Assembly (NCBI GenBank): GCA_025201805.1
Contig: MU619249.1
Coordinates: 238,368 to 302,367 of the forward strand
Reading direction: 5' to 3'
Source: Parasitella parasitica NRRL 2501
Taxonomy: Eukaryota; Fungi; Mucoromycota
Length of the DNA: 64,000 nucleotides
The notes under the pieces were generated by a model. It ran no database searches. It was given only the letters and a program-made list of their open reading frames with translations, and was not told the origin of the DNA. Made by a program: the position numbers and the translations under genes. Of this stretch, positions 1 through 12,824 are shown piece by piece; the stretch's first letter is position 1; each line of letters begins with the position of its first letter.

Positions 1-905
1 TAATTCGAGCAAATCCTCCAAAATTAATATCAAATGTTCAGTAAGCGTCATTTACGTCAAAGATGGAAATAAGAATTCTGATTTTTCCAACAAGGTACAT
101 TTCCCGGTTTAGAAACCCTGAGCATCTCAAATCAGAGGTTGGCTATTATCTGACTAATCTTGTAAGTACCCACTGCGTAAAATAAGGGTAGACTCTGATG
201 TGTATATAACTGGTCGCAGATGGGTGCTATCGAATTTATCGAGACGATGGACGTAAACTCGTTAACTATATCTCAAGAAGAATTTGATAAGAACATCGAA
301 AAAACAATGACAGAGTTAGATCAAGAGCAGCCACAAACTATAAACGACGATACAAAACAAGTTATTAGCTATGAAAATGCATTGCATCCTAGACATGCCA
401 AAAAGCACCTGCAAAAAGACCAGCCATTGATTGATTTGGGCACAGATATTGCACAGAAATCAATCAATTTCGTTGAGAAGTTATTTTCTGACAGCAGTGC
501 AAGTAACAGTGAAAATGAAAATCTCGCAAGCCCTAAACAAATGCACCGCCGTCATCATAATCATCATCACAATTCAGATAATCACGTACCTAATGAACCC
601 TCATCTTTATCTCAGGAACTGCCTGTGCCCGTAAACATGGTAACTCCAAACCTAGCAGCAGCTAGAGTCGAAGGAACTACAGTTAGGGACTCACACAAAG
701 AGTTTGATGAAAACCTGAGTACCATTGTGTCCATGTTTCCTAACATTGAGCCAGGCGTCTGTTTCATGATATTGCAAGCAAGTGAGGGCAAATTATCGCA
801 CACAATTGAAAGGTATGGCAAGAGTTAGAACCAAGGACGGCCCGAAAATTTGACTGATTTTGCGATTATAGTTTACTGGACATGTCAAACGAGCAAACCA
901 AATAA
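1..905 (+). CDS. VPS9: 3' part of a VPS9-domain Rab5 GEF with C-terminal CUE domain (5' end outside window; introns ~41-95, 162-219, 813-871)
   Basis: Spliced translation IRANPPKLISNVQ/YISRFRNPEHLKSEVGYYLTNL/MGAIEFIE is the end of a VPS9 domain. ENLSTIVSMFPNIEPGVCFMILQASEGKLSHTIESLLDMS is a CUE motif. Stop TAA at 903-905. Confidence 0.85.
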
Positions 906-1530
906 TTGAAAGTGCTTTTGTAAATTGTTCAAGTGATGAGTGTTTGTATGTAAATAAAATTTTCAGGATAAAAACGCATTGATCGGTTAAGATCTCAAGG
1001 ATCCAATTTTGGAAGGTGATAATAAAAACGATAATAAAAAAATGGAAGAATCGCAAATTACACCTTCTCTGTCAATTCCGATAAAAAAAAAGGTGGATCA
1101 GCAATGGCAAAACGAATTTTTCAATTGTAATGGATTTTACAAGTGCCTATGCTTTTCTGTCGACCATGACTATATTGTAGTTAATCATTTTTAGGCTTTG
1201 CTTCAAAGCACATGCACGCGGTGTGTAAATGAATCGTTTCTGCTCACAAGCATTTCATGTAAAAAAAAATTGCATTAGATTGAACTATGTCCAAAGGCAT
1301 AAATCGAACCATGGTAGTTTCCCGTGTGATTTCTCTGCCTCTAATGAGAAACGGCGCTAGGGACAGCATCTGTAGCGCAAAAGAAGATTCGAATTGACCT
1401 ACATTATAACATCTCTGAAATGTTCGAAAATCTTTGATTAGTTTGGAAGATTGAATCTTTGGATTCATCAAGTACCACAAATAATTGGCATTGCATGAAT
1501 TGCAAAATCATTGCAGCAACATTGTCTGTG

Positions 1531-1567
<37 letters not shown>

Positions 1568-1628
1568 TATAAGTCAACATCTTTTATTCGTTCGTCTCCT
1601 TTTTCCTTTTACAATCAACAATCAAAAC

Positions 1629-2935
1629 ATGATATCTGTCGTTCCTTCCGGGCAAGTGAGTAATTTAGACAAAATTCCAAACGAGCAAAAAAGTGCATTC
1701 TATGCCTTTTTGAAATCATTGGCGTCATTCACGGGAGATTTGTCTGCTATTACCTGTCCTGCTTTCCTCTTGGCTCCTGAATCACTGATTGAATACTCGT
1801 AAGTTACATAATATCTTTTCATATTCTTTTATCTTAATATGGTGTGTCAGTGAATATTGGGCTGCTCAACCGGAGCTCTTTGCAGCTATCCCTGAACCTG
1901 AAAGCGAAGTTGAACGACTTTTGGCATTTATTAAATGGTTTATATCATACTTGAATGCAGCTTACAGGCGACGTGTGCCAAAAGATCAGTGGGAAAAAAA
2001 GCCATACAATCCTGTCCTCGGCGAACAATGGTTTATGAACTGGGCCGATGTAAATGGTTGTGGCGAAACTGAAGTTTTTTGCGAACAAGTATCTCATCAT
2101 CCTCCAGTGACCGGATTCTATGTCAAGAATGAGAAGGCGGGCGTTACACTGAACGGACATTCTGGCCAAATGTCTCGCATCTCGACCGCAACATTGGTTT
2201 GTGATCAAACAGGCCGAGAAGTGATGACTCTCAAATCTCGGGATAATGAAAAATACCTCTTTACAAGTCCTTCCCTCACAGTGCGGGGCATTTGGTACGC
2301 AGGTAACTTTTTGTGCGTATGCAATGTCAAGAAAAGCTTAACTGATTTGTCACACTTGTGTAGCGCCGTATGTGGAACTTATAGGTACAACTTATATCCA
2401 GGCATCTACTGGTTACTATGCAACAATTGAGTATTCTTCCCGTGGTTGGATTTCAGGAGAGAAGAACCATTTCAAATGTCTTTTACGTAAAAATGAGGAC
2501 AGCAAAGATTATCTCTATAAAATAGAAGGCCAATGGAGCGGCAAATCAACGATTACAAATTACAAGACCAAGATCTCAAAGCCATTCTTGGATATTAACA
2601 TCCTCAAAACAGCCGTAGCTAAAGTAAAACCAATCGGAAAGATGAGTGAAATGGAAACTCGTCGCATTTGGCAAAAAGTTTCTGAGGCTATTCGTGCAGA
2701 TGATACCGTTTTGGCTGCCAAGGAAAAGAGCATTATCGAAAATAAAAAGCGTGCTGAAAAGAAGAAACGAGATGATGAAGGTACACAATGGGAGTCTGTC
2801 TATTTCGAATGGATAGAAGAAGAGCCGGATGTTACCAAATTACAAGACATGTTGAGCAGGGTGACTAAATATAAGGGCGGCTCTAACCCGAATGGCAATT
2901 GGATTTTCAGAGAAAAGTTGAAAAGGGCAGATTGA
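1629..2935 (+). CDS. Short oxysterol-binding protein (Osh4/Kes1-like), 3 exons
   Basis: SFTGDLSAITCPAFLLAPESLIEYS, KKPYNPVLGE and the OSBP signature EQVSHHPP. GT-AG introns at ~1799-1850 and ~2303-2363. Confidence 0.9.
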
Positions 2936-3320
2936 ACAACTCTGAAAATTGTATATGTATACCAAAACTTAATAAAAAGCTCCTTGTATTCTGTAAAAAA
3001 AATGAAAAAAGTGTTTATTGTCACCAAAACAGTATGGTAGCTCTTCTTTAATGCTTGGTCTGTATAATTATTGTGAAGAAACGACGCATTCGCACAGTTT
3101 GCATGGTTATTAAAAAAAATACATGTTTGATTCACTGGATCTTTTGACAGATATTTAATACGGTTTGTTTCAAACAAAATCAATGCCGTGAGTCAACATG
3201 TCAAACCGCTGAGTTTTGGCTATAAACCGCTACTATATAACTACTACTTTTTATAAAAGCCTAAATAATTGAGCGTGGACAATTTGCCTTTTTCTCTTTT
3301 TTATTTCTAATTGTAAAAAA

Positions 3321-4971
3321 ATGATTGCTTTGAATCTTGTTAATAACGATGAGACAAAGAAAGCAGCTGTTCACGATTTAGAGAAGCAGTTTGATTTAAC
3401 GACTGACCAACTCAGGAAAGTCTCTGAGCTTTTGCAATGCGAAATGAGAACTGGATTAAAAGCGTGCGACATCAACTGCAACGTTCCTATGCTCCCGTCT
3501 TGGATTACTCGTCATCCAACAGGCCAAGAAAAAGGCGAATACATGGGGTTGGATCTTAGTGGTATGGGTTTTGACATGTGGGTGGTACAAAAATATTGAC
3601 TATGCAGGCGTCTAGGTTCATACGTTCGTGTTTATCTGGTCACACTCCATGGTCAAGGTCGTATTACAACCCGCCAGCTCAAGTATACGGTCAGGGAAAA
3701 CTTGAAGGTTGGGCCTATCAGTAATCTCATTGACTTTATGTCTGAATGTGTCGATGCCTTCTTGACATTTGTAAACAGAGGAGACAGCAAGAGCCCTCTT
3801 TTTCTTGGTTTATGCATTTCCTTCCCCCTTCATCAAACTTCCATTCACAATGCTTACATTCTGCGCTGGACCAAGGATTTTGAAATCACTGGGGCTGACC
3901 GCAAGAACATTGTTGAACTCTTGCAGACCTCCTTCCGTAAGCGCGAACTCCCTGTCATTGTCAAAGCTGCTGTCAATGGTGCTTGTAAGTACAAATAATG
4001 TGCAATGTTTCAAGCCTGACTGGAACCTCATGTCCAATTAATATCACTTCAGCTGGCTGTCTCTTGGCTCATAGTTACCGTAGCCTGGATACTTTACTTG
4101 CTTGTACAGTTAGTACAGGCACCAACGCTGGTGGGTATATACATATATATATTTAAGAGAATGGGTATACAGATACAATGGTTTTGATTCATGTCTGTTT
4201 GTAGCTTATTGGGAAAAAGTTAGCCATGTACACAAGATTCAATCCAATCCCGAGAACCCTGTTAAGGAGATGATTATCAATACTGAATGGGGAAGCTTTG
4301 GCGACTCTAAATCCGAGACCATCCCTCACACTTTCTATGACATCCGCGTGAATCGTCAGTCTGTGAATCCGGGTGTTCACGTCTATGAAAAGATGTGTGC
4401 TGGTCTTTATTTGGGTGAAATTGTTCGTCTCATTTTGGTTGATTTCACTGATCGACGTTTGTTGTTCGACGCTCAGTACTCTACAGAGCTCAACAAGGCA
4501 TACAATTTTGAGTCTACTTATATGAGTGCTATTGAGCGTGACGAGACACCCGACTTGGAGGATACCAAGCATTTGTTAGAAAATGTCATGAATTTGAAAT
4601 CTACTTCATTGACTGATCGTAGCTTGGTGAAGCGTGTTTGTGAACTTGTTGGTAGACGTGCTGCTCGCCTGATTGCGGCTGGTATGAGTGCCATCATTAG
4701 TAAGCGTAATGCTCTAGACGGTGGCCTTAGCATCAGCGTGGAAGGCACCATTTACGAGCATTACTCGAATTTCCCTGATCGTGTCAACACTGCCTTGCAA
4801 GAATTGTATGGCGACAATGTTGAACGAATCAATATCGGCGTAAGTAGAAAAATCAGTAATGCTTTTGCAAGTTTGCTCAACTTTATCGAATTGTAGATTA
4901 CTCGTGATGGAAATGGCATCGGTGCTGCCTTGGCCGCCATGATTGCCAATACTCCTGATCAAGAAGCATAA
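3321..4971 (+). CDS. Hexokinase-family protein, probably catalytically impaired (multi-exon)
   Basis: Hexokinase motifs VPMLPSW, LDLSGSYVRV, LCISFP, RWTKDF, STGTNA, IINTEWGSFG, YEKMCAGLYLGEIVR, RRAARL and DGNGIGAAL. The canonical NDT(V/T)G reads NGASG. Confidence 0.88.
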
Positions 4972-5207
4972 AAGTCATCAATTACTTGTCATATTTTAAT
5001 CTACGCATAGTATTATTTTTATCTTTACATGCCGTTATATGTGTACACTAGATTACACTGTTCTCAGCATAAAATTTAATCATAAACTTGAGTCTCGCTT
5101 ATTTCTTAATTGATTATCGAACTGCACTTTGGTTTAGATACTATTTATAGCCTGATTTTTGTGCTCTAGAGTAATTGAATCATTTAACCTGCGAAATTTA
5201 AGGGAAA

Positions 5208-6430
5208 CTATCTTTCTTTAATCACAGTGGGTGTAGGCTCAAAATATGATGATTCTAAAAGTCCTCCTTCCTTAGCCAACGATACTTTCAATCCATCGTA
5301 AGCAGGTCCAGCCTTTAGCCCTTCCGAAAGCTCTAATTTCTTCAAATCCTCTTCAAGTGTGTAGTGATCAATTCTATGAGCAAATCCAACAAAATACGTT
5401 TTGAGGGCTTTAACTTGTCTAGCAGCTTCTATTGACTGCTCCAGTACAAAGTGTGATGCATGAAAATTCTTTACTAGTTAATTTATTAGTACCCCGTGTG
5501 GGATTGACAGTATGTTTAGACTTACATCTCAAACAGTCCACCACAAATACCCTTGACTTTCCTTGCATCAGCTCCATTGTCGAAGGAGGGATGAAATTTG
5601 TATCTGATATATAGCTGACATCGCCAAATCTAAACCCATAACATATATAAGGCTCTTTGGTGGTTAAATAAATACCGTGATGGGAAGCAAGAGGCGTAAA
5701 CTCAAGGCCTTCAATTGAAAATGATTTGCTTGGGTCAAATACATGATACTTGAAGTCAGCTACTTCCCCGCCACCTATTGCATTGTGTGAATTCTTTGTT
5801 ACATTCATTAATCTCTTGTAAAAATATACCTGTTGCCATGGAGGCATCTACCAAAAAGGGAAATGTTCTACTAACTACCCCCATTGCTTCAGGCGAGAGA
5901 TGAACATCAATATGAGGCTGGATAATACCGCCTAGTGTCCATCCTCTTAGATCATCCATGCCGTAACAAGCATCTGCATGACCATGTGTGATGATAACGC
6001 CATCCAATTCACGGATCCCATATTTTGGAAGGATCTCTATGGCACTAGCTGCCAAGAAAAGTTAATATCAAGCTTGGCCCTGAAAATTCCAATAAAACTT
6101 TACTGTAAAATGTCTTGCCACAATCAATAAGCACATTTCTGTGTATTCAAGTAATTAGTGACATAAAAAAGGGGAATACATGGGCGAGAGAAGCTGGACA
6201 CAAATAGCAGCTTTTATGTATGCATACCTTAATCTAAATTCTGGAGGGTCATCGTGCTTTCGAAAACGTACGATCAATGAAGTGTTTCGTCGGTTGTTCT
6301 TTCGACCTTCGGGTGTTTGAGAAGATAAACAAACAGAGCATGATTTATCTGGATTTGTAAGGCAAGACACGGTAGGTACAGAACTTGATGTACCAGTCCC
6401 CAAAAATACAATTTCAATAACACTTGCCAT
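5208..6430 (-). CDS. Metallo-beta-lactamase fold hydrolase (PhnP/YycJ-like), multi-exon
   Basis: FLGTGTSSSVP, RRNTSL, LIDCGKTF, the metal motif THGHADACYGMDD, YISD, and C-terminal PAYDGL. Confidence 0.88.
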
Positions 6431-6524
6431 TGATATGAATCTGTGGAAAGAAGTACAATGAAAATAAACGCCGGGATGCTTAAAAGTATGGTGAAGTAAC
6501 CAAGTCCGCTTCGGATGATACGGT

Positions 6525-7140
6525 AAGCATAAATGGTAATAGGGGTTCTCTATCACTAAAAATTAGCGACGTATGAATTATTCACAAATAAAGTAATAAG
6601 GGGTTATTACAGCAGAACATTGTATTCTTTAATTTTCCTCTTATGCTTCCAAGCTCGATGAGCCACACCTGTTTAATCATATTGCTATGAAAAGTCGTAT
6701 ACTTGTGGTATAAGAATACTTACTTTTTAGAGCTGTGTCATGTACTAAAACTGATGTTGACGTAATATTATCTCCAGGTAGATATTTTTACAGCTTAAAA
6801 GCAAGAACTTTAGTTTCGTGTGCCATTTTTTGATTGATTTTCATAATCAAAAGTGCCCTGGAAACACGAAAAATAGTATCCATTGGTAAAAAACTATATT
6901 ATATATGATTTTGGTGCAATTTGAGCATGATTTTTTTTTCGATGCAAAATGACGGATTTTTTCAATTTTTTCCTTGTATCCACACATCCAAAATCATTGA
7001 TTATGCATAATCATCGATTTTGACCTCAAAAATGCAACTTTTTACTATACTATGTATTAGAGGAAAATGATCGTAAAAGGTCATTCCTTGATCTGAAAGA
7101 CTGAAAATGCGCTCTGATTAAGCAAAATATTGACTTTTCC
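6525..7140 (+). repeat. Copy 1 of a dispersed non-coding repeat (probable non-autonomous DNA transposon); likely extends towards ~7890
   Basis: Direct-orientation match to 63395-64000, near-identical over ~6870-7140 (e.g. gaggaaaatgatcgtaaaaggtcattccttgatctgaaagactgaaaatgcgctctgattaagcaaaatattgacttttc). Confidence 0.85.
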
Positions 7141-7959
7141 CTCTTAATCAGTTTTGGAGATTTTTGTGCAAAATTCTTTCCATAAGCATACGGGAATCAT
7201 GAAATTATACCATTGTGTAGAGCGCCCAAAAATACAGCTATTATCATAGACTGACAGTCGTGGTATGCATAGTGCCAGAGGATGATATCTTGCCTCAAAG
7301 GAGTAATTTTGTTTTCTTTTTATCCAAATCGAGTTTCTGAAAGAAATTTTTCCTTTCAGATTTTGGACGCGTTTAATCTCCGCTATGAAAAAAAATGATG
7401 TTTTTTTGAAGAAAGCATTAGCTTTGAGAATCCATAACTTACCTAAATCTAAAGAAAAATAATTACAATATAATTTATTTAAACAGTGTGCTTCTTGGCT
7501 TTCTATTGGTAGTACTTTCATGTCTGTACCTAACCTGACAATCTCACGCTCCGATTTTGAAAAATACTTTTCCCAAAAAAGTCAGAAATGTCGCTATCTT
7601 CCATCTGATGTCGTCTTGAAAAGTACAAAAAACTTGCTCTTAACTATGCAAATATGCTATCAAAAGGTGTCTTATAGTCTAATACATTACTTTTAATTAC
7701 TTGTTTTTGTGTCTGAGATCTCTAAACATTGTTTTCTTACAGTTTTTGCTTTTTTTCTGTCAAAAGCACACTAAAGTTTGTGTAGACCAAAAAAAACAGG
7801 CGCCTAAAATCTACGCTTTACAAAGACACAGACTTTTGAACCAATATTATGGAAAAGATGGCACATGTTTGACTAGCTGTTCTACTGTACCCAGCTTGGT
7901 ACTTGTCTGACAAGACTTTCTATACCAGAAGACGCCAGATCAACTGAAGGTATGAGAAA

Positions 7960-8120
7960 TTGCCGGAGAAAAGGAAACAATCTGCCACCAGGATAACACG
8001 CCCATTCATAAAAAATTATCTGTATAGAAGCTTATGTGTTAATCTTTAATCTTTTCCTCTGTTCCTGAATCCAATTAAAGGTATTTTGATTCAAGATCGA
8101 GAGAAATACTTACACCCAGA
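7960..8120 (+). mobile_element. Highly decayed Tc1/IS630-type transposase fragment
   Basis: Reads HQDNTPIHK (cf. DNAPIH, second catalytic Asp). After stops and frameshifts it reads FLNPIK (cf. SPFLNPIE). Confidence 0.35.
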
Positions 8121-8749
8121 ATCACAGATGTTTGTCAATAGGCAACCATAACCTTTTTAAAGACTACCTTAAACTTTATAATATGATGCAGATAGCTTTT
8201 TTTACAACACATTCTCTTTGTATTATCACTATGAATGAAACAAACTAATTTTTCTTTTTTCTCAAAAGCTTCGTAGCTTTTATCAAAAATAAAAGGTCTG
8301 TTACCAGAAACCCTAATATATATCATCACAATCACCATGACGTTTATCATTTATTTGAACTTCTTTTTAAAAACTGCTGCATATCTTGAGAAAAAAAAGA
8401 AAAAAAAAAGAAGCTGAAATGGCGACTAAGATGTGAAAATATGTCATTTCGTTGATATATACTTATACCTATAGTACTAGCTACAGATACATTATGTATT
8501 GCAGACTTGTATAATTGTGCAATGCTCATGGCACGCAATAGACATGCCACATATACAAAATATGCTAAAATGAATACCAAATCATATTGATATAGATTAA
8601 ATAAGACTCCACTAGAATTGTTAAGATAGTAAAGCATTTGTATACAGTTCAAGAAAATAAAGGTTCATCTACCTGGCCAGTAGATGACACACTTGTCGAT
8701 TTGGTAAAACAACCTATACCTTATCAAGTTCGCATTTATTGATTTTTAA

Positions 8750-10389
8750 TTAATTTTTCAGCGAATCTATATACATTTTGTATCGATTCCAAAGCAATAA
8801 TTGTTGTTTAGCTTCTTGTGCTAATTTAGCTTTTTCAGTCTGTACGCGCACCATTTCCTGATGTTGCGCTGTTTGTTCAGCCTGTACCCTGTTCTGTTCT
8901 TCGGTCAACTTTTGTCTTTGTTCTGATAATACTTGTCTTTCAACCAAAATCTTCAATGATAATTTTCCCCCGCTCTATTAAGAAATATGAAAATCTTGTT
9001 TATCACACAAATATCCGCTTTGATATACCTTCTCAATCTTTTTACTAATATTTCCATGCTTCTCAAACAAGTCAGATTGACATTTAAAGATCTCAACCAT
9101 AGTATGATCTACGTATTGATGAGATATTACTGTTTTTATTCAAATAACCTCAAATCTTACCTTGTCTTTCCAATGGGATCTTATTAGCATCTAAATCACC
9201 TTTAGGATATTGATAGATGTGATAAGGCAACAAACGTCTCATAGCATCTTTTACTGAAGTGAATGGCTTTTCGTAATCAGGAAAAGTAACAGATTTGTGA
9301 TCTGCTAATAATGACTCCACACATCTATGCGAAGATTAGATTTATTAATAAACCCACACCTTTCCATTACATGGATATATACACACCTCTTTTTGACTTC
9401 TCGATGCTGAAGTTCCTCTTCTGGCAATCGCTTGGATAAAATAGAGTCTGCTGGTGGAAGAGTTTTCTGTTGAAGAGGTACGAGAGGAAGCGTAGGTGGA
9501 ATAGGCGAAGACTTGACGCTACCATCTTGCTGCTGTTGCTTTTGCTGTTGGGCAATCGGGGGAAAGGGGAAGAATGGATTGGGTACAGCACTGATGGGTG
9601 TGCTCGATGCAATTGTATTTGCTGTCATAGGCGTATTTGGAGAGGATCTGTTATCATAGCTAGTATTGATTGTAGTCTGTTGTTGTAGAGATTGTTGTAA
9701 GGCAAGTAATTGTTGCTGCGTTAACTGCTGCTGTTGAGGATATTGTTGCTGCAATTGTTGATATAATTGTTGTTGTAACAGTTGCTGACGTTTTTTGGAG
9801 TATTTTCCAGTTTTATTATATTTACGAGTCGATTTGTTATCATTCTGCTGTTGCTCTAATTCTTCTCTTAATTTACGAGCTGTTTCATTCATGGCATCCG
9901 TTTCAGCAGCAGTAGGTTTAGGCGGTGTATCTAATGGATTCAATGATTCGTTCCTAGGCGCAATAGGTTTGATATCGTTCAACTTTTGTTGCACCTGTGG
10001 TTGTTGCTGCTGTTGTTGCTGTTGCTGTTGCGCATTCGCTGCTGCTGCCATTGTGGCAGCGTGAAGGGATTGAATTTCTTTCATAAGCTGATTGCGCTGT
10101 TTCTCATCAATGGCAGACACTTGCATATTATCAGGTAATTTGTATATAATCTGATCGCGTTTGCGAACCATAAGGACCTTTAAACCGGCTAGTGTAAGTT
10201 GTGTAATAATTTCTTCATCGTCGAGAGTAGTGGTGTTGGATGTAGAAGTCGAGGATGAAGCTATATCATCTTTATTATCATTCTATAGGAAAATATTAAC
10301 AATTACATTTAATAGATATTAAAATGACTTTTTACTTGTTGAACAGGAGAAACATCTTTCTTGCTATTATTATTGTTATTGTTGCTCAT
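8750..10389 (-). CDS. Glutamine-rich protein with GLTSCR1/BICRA C-terminal domain and coiled coil (multi-exon)
   Basis: The spliced exon at ~9163-9330 gives SLLADHKSVTFPDYEKPFTSVKDAMRRLLPYHIYQYP, the GLTSCR1-domain signature. PolyQ tracts. ATG at 10389. Confidence 0.78.
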
Positions 10390-10968
10390 TTTTCTGTCTG
10401 TCTCGTCTCAAAAATAATAATTTTTTCGGTATAGTGAAATAGGATACTACTAGTTTGATGCCATCTTGGGACAGGCTACTATTTGAGAAATATTTTCACT
10501 GTGACTACTCGCAACATGTGTAATGATCATGGATCATCATTGCAATCGTGTCTTGATCATATATTAACCTCATTGAAGCTCTCCAGTATCAAACATGTAG
10601 GATGTCTTGTCGTTTATTCCAGTTATTTAAGCAATCTCTTCGAAAATTGCAGTAGATATAATCAATTTTATGTAGCATTCACTCCGCCAAATTGCTGTAG
10701 TTGCTAGGCAACCTTGATCCATATGTGTCTTTGAGATTACTTGAAGGATTGTATATTCTTTACTTATTTCCTCAGCTTCGTGTCTCAGCTTCACGATGTG
10801 TATGTATTCAATTTCTCTGGATGATGAAAAGATTGACTTGTATCATGTTCAATTGTCGATTGTTGCATGCATATCTTCGTGCAATACAACTCCGCGTCTT
10901 CGGTGGCCTACAAATCCACATCAAAAGAATGACTACCAGCATCCTTCTTCAAATTACTTTATACAAAA

Positions 10969-11899
10969 ATGTCTAGTAATAAAGATGAACAAGGAAAATG
11001 GAAAATATGGAATGAATTCAAAGCAACAGTTCTTGAATATGTGGGATCCGAAGAGGAACTAAGCAGCTGGGCAGACTCAGTTGTTCAAAGTATCTGGCGT
11101 CCAGTAGCTGTTGGCATTGTGATAGGTATACCAGCTGTTTGGGCAGCTTCCAGATTCATAATTGGTACCAGATATAAAACTGCTGGACATATACCGCCCG
11201 AGGTATTTGATAAAGCAACAAAAATAAGAGGAAAGGCGGTGGCAGTGGGAGATAGTGACAATTTCCGTTTGTATCATACGCCAGGATTTGGGTGGGGATG
11301 GATTAGAAATATACCAAAAACAAGAAAGGAGCTACAAAACCAAACAATTTCCATACGTATTGCTGGTGTGGATGCACCTGAAGGAGCTCATTTTGGCATG
11401 CCAGCGCAACCCTATAGCGCTGAAGCAAAACAATTTCTCACCAAATTGGTGTTGAATAAAAGAGTGCAAGTGCAATTGTTGAGTAGAGATCAGTACAATC
11501 GAGCGGTAAGTTAAACGTTAAATACAGCAGCTTCGTCTAATACGTAATTGTGTGTAGGTTGCAATGGCGTATGTACGAAAGCCACCTCTCTTTTTCAAGA
11601 AGAACGTATCTGCGGAAATGTTAAAGGCAGGATTGGCAAGTATTTATGTAGCTAAAGGTGCCCAGTATGCTGGCTTGTTAGATCAATTGAAGAAATATGA
11701 AACTAGAGCAAAGTATGTGTATATCTTGGATCATGAATATTCAACAGCTAAATGTTATATTAGATTGTTTAAAAGAGGTATTTGGTCATTAAAAAAATAT
11801 GTGTCTCCTGGTGATCATAAAGCAAAGTACGGATCATCTTTATTTCTTTTTCTTTTTTTATTAACATGAATCTACAGGCATCTTGGTGGTGGTAAATAG
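10969..11899 (+). CDS. LCL3: Staphylococcal-nuclease-like endonuclease Lcl3 (multi-exon)
   Basis: N-terminal TM segment, then VGDSDNFRLYHTPG, IRIAGVDAPEGAHFG, RDQYNRAV, MLKAGLA and KRGIWSL. Confidence 0.9.
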
Positions 11900-11955
11900 A
11901 TATTTTCATTCACAATCTTGGTTCCACTTAAGCTTATTTTGGTTTGATCAGAGTA

Positions 11956-12824
11956 TTATTTCTTTTTGAACATTTTGGCTTGTAGTTTTAAAAACTCTTC
12001 TTCTGATGGCATATCTGGCTCCTTTCTCTTTTTACCATATTTCCCTTCTATAGAATCAATAATAGAATTCATTTTTGCGTTTCTCTCCTTTGATCTATTT
12101 TGTATCAGTGCTAAAAGTGAAGAATCGTCTTGGGCAGTCTTTGATTGTTTCTTCTTCTTTTTGTCTTTCTCCTGCTGCTTTGCAAATACAGCTGCTTCTT
12201 TTTTCTCTGCATCAATTCGTCTTTGATGAGCTTGCGATGTTGTAGTCTTATTAAATATCCTGAAAATTGGCACAGCCTTTTCATCTATGGCTGCGCGGAT
12301 CATCTTTGCAAACCTTTCTCCATCTGCTGCCGAGGAGCACTCAACAGACTGAAGGATATGATCCATATTTCCCTTGCAAGACACATACGTAGCTAGCAAG
12401 TCCTTTTTTTCCTCCTCAGAACCTTGTTTTTCTTCCATCAATACCGAATTTATACTATAGCACTCCTCTTAATAAACTCACCTTGATACTTTAACTTTTG
12501 CGCTTCAATGGTCTCCATATTTACAACTCCTGTCCATAACTCTTTAAAATAAGCATTCCAATCTTTATCGCCTTCAAATTCACTATCATCCATATTTCCA
12601 GTTCTGTCATAGCGTTCTTTACGCTTGGGATCACTGAGCACAGCATAGGCCTTACCCAGTTGCTGAAAGGAGGCGTTGGCTTGTTCTTTTTGTTGATCAG
12701 TTGCATCGATAGGCTGCTTATCAGGATGGTATTGTAACGCAAGCTTGCGATACGCCTTTTTTATGTCACCTAGAGTAGTATTCTCTTTGTCTAATTGCAA
12801 AAGCCTGTAACAATCAATTGTCAT
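11956..12824 (-). CDS. J-domain protein, DNAJC9-like (2 exons)
   Basis: IKKAYRKLALQYHPDK J-domain, followed by YQGSEEEKKDLLATY..KGNMDHI and a basic C-terminus typical of DNAJC9. Confidence 0.88.

Noticed and set aside
10483-10960. Short overlapping ORFs (..QLRVFGGLQIHIKRMTT) vaguely like Mucorales multicopy repeat-protein remnants
   Set aside because: Too degenerate to assign without a search.
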